DNA of 64,000 nt. It comes from Cetorhinus maximus (lineage: Eukaryota). The position numbers were made by a program, and so were the translations under genes. Of this stretch, positions 39,213 to 51,231 are shown one piece after another. The stretch lies in assembly GCF_964194155.1 (NCBI RefSeq), contig NC_135882.1, positions 63,612,001 to 63,676,000 of the forward strand. The letters run 5' to 3'. The notes under the pieces were generated by a model. It ran no database searches. It had not been told where the DNA came from and saw only the letters and a program-made list of their open reading frames with translations. Within the stretch, counting starts at the first letter, position 1; each line of letters starts with the position of its first letter.

Positions 39213-40267
39213 GACCCTAATGTACTTCTCCTGCAGAATGAAAGAGAGAGACCTGTGGGTTAGCATGGGTGTACTAAGAACCTGTCCTGGTTAAGTGTGA
39301 TGGCCCCTTAACAGTTTCTGGAGAGTGCTGGCCACCACTTGGATGGCCAGAGATCAGTGCGCTGCATGGCTGCCCGAGATCCCACCCACCCGACTGATTG
39401 GCGGCAGCTTTGCCCATTGGAGTGCACGCTGTGCTCTCAGCTTAGGCACAGGCATTCTCCTAACCAGCACTGCAAGGCTGCACTGTTAGCTTGAACCATG
39501 GGGGAGACTGGTCCAAACCTGAATGATGACATTGCAAGGGGCTGTGAATGCCTCCAGCAATGATTGATCCATGGCCAGTCTGTGCCTGGGGATGAAAAGC
39601 TCTGAAGCACTTGGTGGCACTTTGATGCCACTGCGTTGCTTGAGTGGGCAGAAAAGCTAGAGGCTTGACTCCAATCGTATCAATGTGGCTGCACCTGAAC
39701 TGCCTCGGCTGCAGAGAAATGGTCACTTTATACAAGTTTCCCTAATGTGTGGCCCCTTCCTTCGCCCACCCTACACCCCACCCCAAATTCCACCCCCCCC
39801 CCCCAAGTCACCTCAACGGCTGTGCTGCCTTTGCCCTCCCCCCACAAGTCACCTCAATGGCAGGGCTGCTCCTGTCCTCCCTCTACAAGTCGTCTCAAGC
39901 TTGAAGTCCAACAGACGACCCTGGTGAGCGCTGCACATCGTACTCACCTCCAAGGTCCCCTCAAAGTGCAGCCCACCAAGTGCACACCCTTTTATATGCT
40001 GTTGTGAAACACGTCGGTGTGCTTTCCCGCTGACATAGATGGACATCCAGTGGGGGGGGATGATTACGACGGGCTGACCTAATAATGATATGCAGATGTA
40101 TTACAGTGAGGTTCCCGACATCTGATGGCAGGAGACGTAGCCTGCCATTGGCGGGCTGAGTGGACAATCGCGAATTAGTTTCACGCCGTCTTGAAACCGA
40201 TCACGCTATATTGTCTTCTCACACCACTGAACATGCCTGACGCTGGTGGGTACGGAAATTCCTAGCC

Positions 40268-43209
40268 TAAGTCTGTGTGGCCATTGTATCTCAGTTTCTG
40301 AAGTTTCACGACTCTCCTTGATTGGGTCCTTTTTTGAGGCTTGGAGGATTGGTAGTCTCAACTTGGACTTCTTTGCTCTGACTTGGCTGTTCTTCAGTAG
40401 AAGATGCAGTATTTAGTGTTTTGCTTGTTTGAGGTTCAACACTTGATCCTTTTCTTTTTCTCCTTGCTGTTCCCTGTCAATAGTTTCTCTTTCATGACAA
40501 GGATGTCATGGGTTTATCTTTTTCTTTGCATTGACGATGTTTCCTATCCTTGTTTATTGAATTGACGCTGATTCTTTTTAATGATTTGGTCCGTCATGCT
40601 TTGCCTTTAGAGCATTTTTTCCATGTAGCCCCTGGTTCCTGAAGTTTTGGGGAATCCTGGATTGTGGTCTCCTGAGGTGAGAAAGGTGTTTGAGTAACGT
40701 CTTGCTGCCTCTCCAATGTAGTTACCCTGATGTGGTAGGAAGGTCAGTATCCTCTAACATAGAAGAGGTGGACCTATATCTGATTTGGATTTGTTTCGAG
40801 TTCTGAAACCATTTGGGTATTTTCACCCTGGGCCACCAGTTCTGGTGGATGGGTCGGTGTGGATGCACTTAATAAGGGGTCAACATTGACAGATGAATGT
40901 GGGATTGTACTAACGTTTCTTATCACCTGAGTTTCAACTTCGATCCTTGTTGACTATTCTCCGGGTGATGAAGAGTCAGGGTGGAACTCAGCCACTCTTT
41001 GATCCAGCTGATCCATTTCCTCTTCAGGCTGAAGAACGTTACCTTCATCTGTTTGGGAAGAAGCTGGGTCCTCAGTAAACAGTATCATAAATTCTGCACT
41101 TAAGTCCAAGTCGAGCTGTTGGATGGTTTGACAATCTCCAACTTAGTATACTCAATGACTGTTTGTTCCTTGACATCTTCTGCTGTTTTGATGAGGTTGA
41201 GGGCAACACAGGAGTCTTGGCCCAGGAGAGAAAATTCCTGATTGCGAATTACATATAGTGTCTCCAGTATCTGCTTGTTCCCATATTGGAGTGGTTCTAG
41301 AAACGTGCCTAGTTTTGATCCATCCTGGGCCATATAATGGGGTGTCTGTTATCCACAGCCAGAGGTTGGCTAGCCACAGTTCTCTATCGGACAGGACTGT
41401 CACGCTTGCTCCTGTGTCTAATTTAAAATTAGTAATGTGCCCATTGACACATATGTCAACATTTAGGAAGGTATATCTGGGATCGTTAATTTGACCTAGG
41501 AAGCATTGTTGTTGTCCTTGGTGTGACTCTTCTATTTCTTTGATGTCTTTTTGTGTGAAGGTTCGCTGGTGATCCTCAGTATGTTTAGAGCTTTTTGATC
41601 TGCACATTTTCCCAAAGTGTCCCAGCCTTTTACAGTAGAAGCATTCTGCCATGCTTGCAGGACACTTCATGCCTGAGGCTTTTGGTGCCACAGCACTGCA
41701 ATCTTGAGTTTTAATCGCGTAAGGTCTTCTTTGACCTGGAGTGTCGTTTGCATTTCGTTGTTTAATGAGCTGTACCATGGTTTGTCTTCCAGTCTTAATA
41801 TTGATCTATTTTGCTGACGGACCTCAGATGTCTGACAATCTGTATCGCCTTCTCAAAAGTTAGATCTTCTTTGGATTGAAGCAGATCAGAAAGGGTATCG
41901 TCAGCTACCCCACTACTGTGAAGTCTCGTATCAGTTCAGACTTAAGATTACCATATTCACAGCCTTCAGCCAACTGATACAAATCATTGATGAAGGTTTC
42001 CACAAGTTCTCCAGGCTTTTGGATCTTTCTGTTAAACTTTGCTCTTTCCAAAATGTTGCTGCTCTGTAGGTTAAAGAAATGGTCAAAGGATTCTCTGACC
42101 TCTTGAAATTTGTCAGATGATTCATTAATACCTTGTCTGGCTATTACATTGTCAGCAATTGAATATACAGATATATTAACTTGCTCAGCCTCTGACTTAT
42201 TATTTAATCCTCATGCAATTCTGTGTCTTAAAAATCTGCTCCTCCATAGTGTTCTAATCTGTCTGGTCTGGCCCTTCCATCTTCCTGAATCATTCTGGAA
42301 AGTAAATTTTGAATCCATCGCTGTTTTCAGCTCAGGAGAGACTTGCCTTAAATTTTTTAAATGGTGCTGCAGTAATCGAGTTTTCTAGCGCTGTTCTGGG
42401 TTTTTCAGATAACCTCTGCTGTTACCAAGCTGCGTCAAACCTTCTCTGAAGCTCAGGAAAAATTGTCAAACAATATTAAGGTCAGTTAGTTACTTTGTCG
42501 CTGGAGGATTGAATTTAGTAGCAGGTTTTTTTTTTCTTCTCCCTTTTTTTCACCACGCAGCCACCATGTGTTATGGTGCCAACTCTGGTCTTGGGCTGCG
42601 TCATATTTCAAACTGCTCACTTAAAAATGAACCATCTCCCAGTTCTGTCTGGTTACAGCTCTTTGTTTAGAAGCTTTTTTTCAAGCCTTTTTCAAAGTTT
42701 GCTCACCCTTCCTCGATAGTTACTCGGTTCTTTGACTCTGCTTTTTGATTGGGATTTTCAATGAACGTCCACAAGCTATGGTCGAGTTCCTCTTGAGCTG
42801 CACAGTTGATTTCTTCTCTGACTCTCAGCCTCCATGTCTGTTATGTAGTTTTTCTGGAAATATCCAACTGTTTCATCAAAGTTTTCCGTTTTGGTGCATT
42901 TATTTTCAGGTCAGACTGCAGATTTTTCAATTTTTATTTATTTTTGGAGATTTCGGGATCATGTGCTGCTGCCATGTTGTATGTTACTGTGGTTGTCTAA
43001 GGAAGAGGTTCAGAAGCATAGAGTCTGAACAGTAACTATTTATTGTAGAACATAACTATGTACAGATAAACAAGACAGTAGGCTTCTTCAGTCCAAGCCA
43101 TGAGCTTTCTCCATTCTGACGTCTACTAGACTTCTACTAGTCATGTGACTCATCATGTGGACGGTAGTCCCACATTAACCCTTTCAGTCCTTAACACCCT
43201 AATACAACA
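40268..43209 (-). mobile_element. Internally deleted Gypsy (Mag-like) retrotransposon: 5' LTR 42975-43209, gag and protease
   Basis: LTR TGTTGTAT...ATACAACA followed on the minus strand by PBS-like TGGCAGCAG. Gag ERAKFNRKIQKPGE..FINDLY.LAE.CEYG; zinc knuckle CFYCKRLGHFGKMC; protease FKLDTGASVT. Confidence 0.8.
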
Positions 43210-44757
43210 CACTCCAAGGTCCCTCTACTCTTCTCAGTATTCAACCATTTATTGTGCATTTTCTTGCCTTGCTTGTCCCCCCATCTTGTACTTCTCCAGA
43301 TTGAATTCCATTTGCCATTTTTCTGTCCACCTGACTAGTCTATTGATATCTTCCTGCAGTCTACAGCTTTTCCTTACTGTCAACAACAAAGTCGATTTTT
43401 GTATCATATGCAAATTTTTGAATTGTGCCCCTTACACTTAAGTCTAAATTGTTGATATTAACCATGAACAGCAAGTAATGAGTCTTGACGAACCCCACTG
43501 GAAACAACCTTCCAGTCAGAAAAACATATGTTGACCATAACCCCCATAACCCTTTGCTTCCTGTCACTGAGACAATATTGGATCCAATTTGCCATTTCCC
43601 CTTGCATTCCATGAGCTTTTAATTTTCTGACCAATTTGCCATGTCGGAATTTGTCAAAAGTCTTGCAAACATCTGTGCGGACGACATCAAATGTGCTACC
43701 CTCACTGCAATCTTTGTTACCTCCTCAAAAACTTCAATCAAGTTAGTCAGACAAGACCTTCTTTTAACAAATGATTGTCCTAGATTAATTGCTACCTTTC
43801 TAAACTATGCTGTCTCTCAGAATTGTTTCCAATAATTTGCCCATTACCAAGTTTAGGCTGACTGGCTTGTAATTACTTGGGCTATCCCTTCCTCCCCTTT
43901 TCAACAATGGTACAATGTTAGCAGTCCACGTCGTAGCCAGAGAAGACTGGAAAATGATAGAGCTTCTGCAATTTCTTTCTTTGCTTTCCTTAGCAGTTTG
44001 GGATACATTTCTTCCATGCCTGATGATTTATCCACTTTAATGGATGCTAAACCCCTTAATATTTCCTCCCTATGTTTATCCTATCCAATATTTCACATCT
44101 CCCCTCAACCACAATGTCTGTTTCTCTTTGTGAAAACAGATGCAAAGTCTTCATTAAGAACCATGACTTCCACCTCCACATACAAGTTACCTTTTTGATC
44201 ACTAAATGGCACTTCGTTATCCCCTTGCCCTTTATGTATTTATAAAACATCTTTGGGTTTTCCTTGATTTTACTTGCCAATATATTTTCATGGGTAGAAT
44301 TTTACATCCTGCAGGCAAGTGTCCCGAAGTCATCGCACACTTGCACGATATTTTGGTCAGCAGGCGTGAGCAGGTGCTGGAGCCGTGCCCGCCATTAATT
44401 AACAGGCCACTTAAGGCCACTAAAAAGCAAATTGACGGTGATATTTCGTTGCCTGTGCGTTTTCGCGCTTGTCACACGGGCAAAATGGGCAGGCGGGCAA
44501 CCCACAATTTCAAAAACCTCATCCAAGGGCAAGATAAAAAGGGTCAGCAGCATTGCCAGTGTGAGTAGTGAGGAGCTTGGTAGATAGTTTGCTGCCGGTG
44601 ACTTATTGGTACTTGGCAGCTTCGTTTCTGTTCAGGGTTTCATTGTTAGCATTTCCAAGCTTCGTTTCAAGACTCCTTGGTGTCTCCAAAGGCCCCCTGG
44701 AGGATTCAGACCATGTGGGCCCTTCCAGGTGTCAGACAGCCTCCTGTTACCCTGGTA

Positions 44758-45954
44758 ATGGGGATTGTGGTCTCCGGTGGTGGCACCTACTTTGAGGAGG
44801 AAGAGAAGGGCAGAAGGGAGAGGAAGCCAGGTGTCCCAATGCAGCTTCCAGGGGAGGGATCTGTGGGAGGAGAGGTGCAGGCACAAGGGGCGCAGGGCCA
44901 GCAGGAAGTCCAAGATGGAAGGGGCCGCATAAGACGCCACTATCCTGCTGCCAGAGTTTACAGGTGGTGATACTGCTACCTCAATATGTCTGAGGTGCAA
45001 TGCCAAAGGAGGCTCTGCCTCTTAAGGGAGACAGTGACTTCCATTTATCAAATGATTGGGCCTGAGATCAGCTCCGATGGTGTGGCTGGGCACTCCATGC
45101 TAGTGGCTCTGAAGGTCACAGCAGCCCTCAACTTCTATGTCTTTCCAGGGGTAAGTGGGTATCTTTGTGGAGTCTCCCAATCAGCTGTCCATAGTTGCAT
45201 CAAACTGGTGACAGAAGCTTTGTTCAGGCGGATACTGACCTTTATTCTTTACCGTACAGACGAGGTCAGCCAGGCTTAGTGAGCTAGAGGGTATGCAGCG
45301 ATTACTGGGTTCCCCCGCATCCAGGGTGCAGTCGACTGCACACTTGTGGCCCATCACTTCGCCAACAGGAAGGGATTCCACTCCCTGCACATGCAGGTAG
45401 TGTGTGACCACAAGGTACAGATTCTGCAAGTCTGTGCAAGGTACCCTGGCAGCACTCATGAAGCTTACATCCTGAGACACTCCCAGGTGTCAAGGTTCTT
45501 CAGTGCTCCAGCCCGACTGGATGGATGGCTGGTGGGTGACAAGGGCTATCCATTGAAAACGTGGCTCATATCGCCTCTCCGCCACTCAAGAACAGAGGCA
45601 GAGAAGTCTTACAATGCGAGTCATGCCTCTACAAGAGTGGTGGTAGAGAGGACCATAGGTCTTCTCAAGATTCGCTTCCGATGCCTAGACCGTTCAGAGG
45701 GTGCACTACAATACTCCCTAGAGCGGGTATCACTGATCGTTGTTGCATGCTGTGCTCTCCAGAATCTGGCACTGGCAAGAGGGATCCCACTGGAGGAAGA
45801 GGATCTTGATGCAGCTCCACAGGCCACAGACGATGAGTCCAGTAGCGAGTCAGGGCACGGTAAGGAGAACGCTGAGGCCATGGAGGTAGACCTCGGTAAT
45901 CTCCAGCGAGGCAGGGACATCAGAGACATCTTGATCCAACGCTCCTTTAGCTAG
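44758..45954 (+). pseudogene. Harbinger B transposase (HARBI1-like), disrupted
   Basis: QGAVDCT, FANRKGFHSLHMQVVCD, YPGSTHEAYIL, GWLVGDKGY, RVVVERTIGLLKIRFRCLD. The D/D/E residues are retained, but stops at 44968 and 45277 and frameshifts are present. AATAAA at 46059. Confidence 0.92.
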
Positions 45955-46286
45955 GCTACCAAAGATCAGCTTCAACCTCAACCCAGGGCTGCCGCCCCCA
46001 TCCCGGATGTCTGAAATGACCCGTTCATTAGCTCCCAAAGCCCACTCAGTACTTATGCAATAAAGTTTTGAGCCACCCACATCCAGCTTTACAAACTGAC
46101 GTACCCTGCGCCACATTAAATTAAAACGGTGAAGCATACTCGGGCCATTACGACAAAAGAAAATTTATCTCCTGTTGATACTCGAAACGAATTAACAGAA
46201 CCTTCTCTGGTCTTCAACACCAGACCAGTTAAAATAAACAAAACATTGCACAACAGAAGATCACCTGTGACCAGTCCCTCTTGTGC

Positions 46287-48169
46287 TCATGGTGCCTTAA
46301 ACTTATGTTTGCGAGTGCTACGTCTAGGTGCTCCCCCCTCGCTGACATCGGCATTGGAGGAAGCCTGCTGACTCTTATGTCTTTTTGGCCTTGATGACCT
46401 TGGCAGTTGTCCTCTGGCCAGTGGAGCCTGTGCTGGCCCTGTCAGGGAGGGAGCAGCCAGTGCCACAGTTGGCATCTCCCCAGTCGCTGCAGCCTCATTA
46501 AATGCCATGGTCACTGGCAGAGGGGTGGAGGGGCTGCTGCTACTGTCATCCAGAGCGCCCTGAGAGGAGCCCGCAGAGCCGCCAAGCAGCTAGTGCACCA
46601 ACATGAGATCGCTCTGGACCTCCCTGCTCACGATTGATGGACGGGCACCTAGCTGGGATACTGGGTGCCTCATCCATCTCCCACACGGACGCTGACCACC
46701 TGAGCACAGTGCTTGTGTGAGGGCTTGCAGGTCTGAGCGCAACTCCAGGAACCTCTGATTCTGTTCCTGGAGCTGCCTCTCCATGAGAGTCCCCACTCTT
46801 TCGATGGAGGAGGCAGTGCGCTCGGACAGGAGGGTCACCGCAGTGCTCATGCTCCACTTGGACTCCTCCATAACGGAGACCATGGCACGCACACCCTCAT
46901 GGATCTCCACCAGATCCTCCCGCACATCTCGTTGGACATCCAGCAGCTGCCGCCTAATGGACAACTCCAGAGGCTCATCATCTGTCTTCGGCTCAGCATC
47001 GTCCTGGTCTCCAGCAGTTCTCCGACTTCCAGCACCCTGTGCACTCTCTGCCTCCACCTACACCTCAAGAGAGGGTGAAGTGCCCTCACCGCTGTGCACT
47101 GACACTCCAGCCAAAGATCTAATCCCCACTGAGGTGCTGGTATCTGCGCTGGTGCCTGGTTCAGAGAGCAGGTGTGACACAGGTGCTTCTGGAACCTGGC
47201 GGGCCTCTGGCGTCAGGGGTTGGGTCTTCGGGGTCCTGCGATCGGGTGCTTGGTGGCAAACTTAAGGGAGAACAACATTTCATTAGTTTAAGTCACTGCA
47301 CTGTCACTGTGCATGCCAGGCACCCTGGTGAGACCATGGAGATCTGCATCATGGTGCCATCCTCCTTCAATGATTAATGGGGAACCCAGTTTTGAGGCTC
47401 CCATCGATGATGAGACTACACAAGAAAGTTTGCACCATCTGAAACTCTCACCTTTGTGCACTGCACTCTTGCCTTCATCTGACACCCCAGCCTCTCAGAG
47501 GCTGGTTGACCGAGGTGCGTGGTGCCTCTCCAGGTCCAAGGCATCCTGCTGGTATCTGGAAAGGATTAGGAGGTTAGCTGGGCCTCCGTCGGTCCGTGAG
47601 CTTTCAATATTGTTAGGAGTGGTCTTCTTCTCCTGAAGGGACAGAGGAGCATAGATTAGTCCCCTCTCTACCTGCAGCGCCATTGCAGCCTGGCCAACCC
47701 CACCTGAGGAGCACTTTGCAGGGCACAACCGAGTCGTGGCCCTTGAGCCGCAAGGCTCTCAGTCAAAGCAGCCAGGGATCACCCCCTTGGCCGGCTCCGG
47801 CGTCACTGATAATTCGCACTCAGACTCTAACACCCCTGAGGTCCATGGGGGGTCGGCCAGACCTGAACACTTCACCACACTGATCCATGCCAACACGGTA
47901 CTCACCCTTCCTGAGCACAGCAGGTCATTAAACCTCTTGCGGCACTGAACCCAGGTGCGCCGCACAATATCATGGCTGCTGACCAGCACTGCCACCTCCT
48001 TCCAAGCTCTTTTTGTTAGGTGTGGTGGCCTCCTCCTTGCATCCCTGGGGACAAGGGTGTCCCTCCTGGCAGACACCTCCTCCAGGAGGACCACGAGGCA
48101 CTCATCAGAAAACTGGAGGGCCGAATGCCCACCTGGCCTGCCCTCCCGCCTGGCGTCTGCAGCCGCCAT
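46287..48169 (-). pseudogene. Harbinger B Myb/SANT-like gene, 3 exons (48169-47906, 47632-47452, 47260-46287)
   Basis: FSDECLVVLLEEV..RRDTL...AWKEVA..V....RTWVQCRKRFNDL (trihelix/Myb_DNA-bind). GT-AG introns of phase 0 and 1 join in frame; coiled coil and basic tail RRSTRKHKFK; internal stops. Confidence 0.85.
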
Positions 48170-49203
48170 AATTTATACTTGCCTGCTCACAACACTGGAA
48201 TTCTGCTCATTGCCGGCAGCCTTCCAGGGCCCAACTGTGCCAGTTTTAAACTGGCCACCAGGTCACTATTGGACCCGGCGTCTGACAGGCCCCTGTCCCC
48301 GCTTGCCAACTAGTGAAGAGCCATGTTACACGCCTTAATTGGCCTACCAGCGTGAAGTCATAGGGCCGAACGTGGGTGGCAGACTGTTTCCCAGCCGCTC
48401 CCAGGCCTGCCCACTGTGCCCGCCCGACGACCTCAAAAAGCCCCATGTTCTTCCTTGCTTTCCTAATTTCCTTCTTAATTTCACCCCTGCATTTTCTATA
48501 ATCCTGCAGCCTTTCTGCAGTAAAGAGCTATTGGCCTACAACAGATTTTTTTTGCCTTAATCTACTGTATATGCTTGATATCCCGGGGGGGTCTAAAGTT
48601 GTAAATCCTGTCTTTTTACTCTTTGTGGGAACATATTAGTTCTGAACTCTCCTTGGTTCCTCCCACTGTTCTGATATTGATTTACCTTCAAAAGCTGTGT
48701 ACTTCCAGCCGACTTTTGCCAAATCGCTTCTCGGCTTAGTAAAATTGGCCTTTTCCTAATTTAATACTTTTCCTGTTGGTCTGTCTTCATCCTTTTCCAT
48801 GACTATCCAAATCTAACTGAATTATGATCACTATAAAATGCTTCCCACTGGTACCCATTTCACCTGCCCAGATTAATTCCTTAAAATTAAATCCAGAACT
48901 GCCCCTACCCCACTGTGGCTTCCTGCCTAGGCTATCTAGTTAAAAGTACAGTTTCCTCTATGGCATCTAGAAACCTAACATGTAGAGAAGGGTCCTGCTG
49001 ACTTTGGATGGGCATCCTTGCTGCCAGCTCAGTAGAGCAGGTTAAAATCTGGAAGTTGGGTCACGGTGGCTTCAGGGTGGGCAAACAAGCTGTAGGCCCT
49101 AGCTCAGTGGAAGCTCGTGAAAGACTGCCCAAACTTATTTGATGTAGGATTGTTTTTATCACCAGTAGGAAGCTTTAATCTACCAATAGGAATTCAACCT
49201 CAT

Positions 49204-49880
49204 TGGTAGAATCTTTCCTATGGTGAGCAGGCTGTTTGGGAGCAGGCGCAGGCGGGCGCGGAGCAGATCACCATTTTACCCGGGCGAGACAATTAAGGCC
49301 CGCCCAGCGTAATGCATGGCCTGTAGTGCTCAGCACTACCTGTGCGGGCGGGGGGAGGAGGGAGAGTTGGGGCCTGCGCTCTTTCGCACATGCGCAAGGA
49401 AGAACGCAGCAATTTCCCTGAGGCAGTTCCGTGCCTCAGGGAAATTAAGTTGATGATAAAAAATTTTTATGAATGAAGTAAAAAATTATTTAAACATGTC
49501 CCCTTATGTGATAGTGTCACATGAGCTGGGACATGTTTGTGAATTTAGCAAAATTTATTTAATTATTTTATAAAACCTTCATGAAACCTCATCCCGCCTG
49601 TGGATGAGGTTTCTTGAAAAACATGAAGGCCGCTTGGGCTCTTCGCCTGCCCGCCAACCTTAAGGTTGGATGGGTTGCGTTGTTAATAAGGTAAATTACT
49701 TTTTTAATTGCCTTAATAGGCCGTTGACAGTTCGCCAGGCGCGCAGATGCCTCCGGTGTGCAAACGAAATATCGAAATGACGCGCGATGACGTCAGGACG
49801 CATGCCCGACGTCATCTCATGTCATTTTACGCATTGGCGTGTCAGGCCCGCCCCTGCATGCCGATGGCAATATTCTGCCC
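49204..49880 (-). mobile_element. Harbinger MITE, TSD CAT
   Basis: CAT|TGGTAGAATC...ATTCTGCCC|CAT; subterminal homology to Harbinger B. Confidence 0.88.
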
Positions 49881-51231
49881 CATGTCTCAGAGGTGACCCA
49901 GCAATCTGTTAACTATTGCACCACCTGGTGCTTCACAAAAGGGACTGTTTACCTCAGAATAAACATTTCAAGTTTTTTTTTCAACAGCTTAAATTCTAAA
50001 ATTGGGAGAGGACGTTAGGTGAAATAAACAAAACCGATTTTCAATCAGTACTTTTATAGAGAAATCTGAAGCCTAAATAAGAATTGTTGAAAACATTTAA
50101 CTAGATCACTGGTTAGTAATAATTATATAGATCTGTATGCTGCAAACAATGATAAAACTGTTTTTAATCATGTCTGCTGAAAATCATCGCATCAAATCTG
50201 ATGTTTATATGAAAGAGAAGGAAAGTTAAATATCTTGAACAATTCTTATTTGGTTAGTATATTTCCCCGTAATATGCTGATACATAATAACTTGACTGTA
50301 CCTCATATACCTGAAAACCAGGAGTTAAATAGGCTGTGGGAGGGAAAATGGTAGGAATGGGGAAATTAATACACTGTCCTTATTTAATAATTTCGCACAT
50401 GTCCAGTTCTTGTCAAGTACAGGGGATTAAAATCAGGGCATAAGTCTTCAAATTATGTGTTACTTCTTAACTGTGCTTTTGTAATTTGTTTGATGGGGGA
50501 TTGTGAAACAGAATTAATGTATGGCCTTTGCAATCACTGTAATTATTACTTAATGTGACCTGCTGGGCAAACTAAACCTGCAAGCACCTCATTCGCTCAG
50601 TTACAGCAGGACTTACTGCTGGAAAAGTGACTGTGTCATCAGGTTTATTAAATTCTTGTGCTTAACTGCTTTTCTAATTTAAAAAAAAACAAACTTGATT
50701 TTCATTTCTCCATTTTATAAACAGTCCTATCAACAAATGTGATATTTTGTGTTCTTGAAGCCAGAATTTTAAAATGCTGTTGTCTTTCTGTGACATTTTA
50801 CTGTGCAGCATTTGCTGCTGTAAATGGTGGACTTATAATGCTCCTTGTTTGAATACTAATCATGAACTCCCATTCCCAACAAACAAGATCAATGCTGAAC
50901 AAATTGTTGTTATTTGAATTAAGAGCATCTTGACTTTTTGAATTCCTGAAGGAGTCCCAAAAAAATTCTGAAATCTGCCAGAATTTGCCCAATGCTGCTG
51001 AAGTGATGATAAATAAGCTGACCAAATATTCTTTACGCCAATCACTATCAGTTCCTGGAAATTCATTTTTAAAATTTGAACTGGTTGCAATAAGTGACAT
51101 TTCAGCGCATCAGCTATGAATTAGATTTAGTCACCTTTTAATAATTACATATGTTGCTCCATCTGTTCTCATTCTTTAAATTGTTGTTTTGTTTGTTTGT
51201 TTTTCAGATATAGCTGATAAGTGGATTTATC

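Larger units (their letters stand above)
35498..40267 (-). mobile_element. PIF/Harbinger transposon A (decayed two-gene element; left TIR lost)
   Basis: Convergent Myb/SANT gene (+) and HARBI1-like transposase (-); right end GGAAATTCCTAGCC. Confidence 0.85.
44292..48443 (+). mobile_element. PIF/Harbinger transposon B, structurally complete, TSD CAT
   Basis: CAT|GGGTAGAATTTT...AAAAAGCCC|CAT; removing the insert restores CR1; carries transposase (+) and Myb/SANT gene (-). Confidence 0.9.
43210..48940 (-). mobile_element. CR1 LINE fragment split by Harbinger B
   Basis: KIKENPKMFYKYIK and KFAYDTKI; sequence is contiguous across 44291/48444. Confidence 0.8.
11806..51207 (+). other. Inferred ~39.4 kb 5'UTR intron of the TMEM200 gene (further small UTR exons possible)
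   Basis: GT donor at 11806, AG acceptor at 51206-51207, and no other host coding sequence in between. Joining of the two sites is inferred. Confidence 0.55.

Noticed and set aside
45346-45954. 202-aa ORF resembling the host gene HARBI1
   Set aside because: It lies within TIRs and a TSD next to a Myb partner and has upstream stops and frameshifts. It is a transposon pseudogene, not the domesticated gene.
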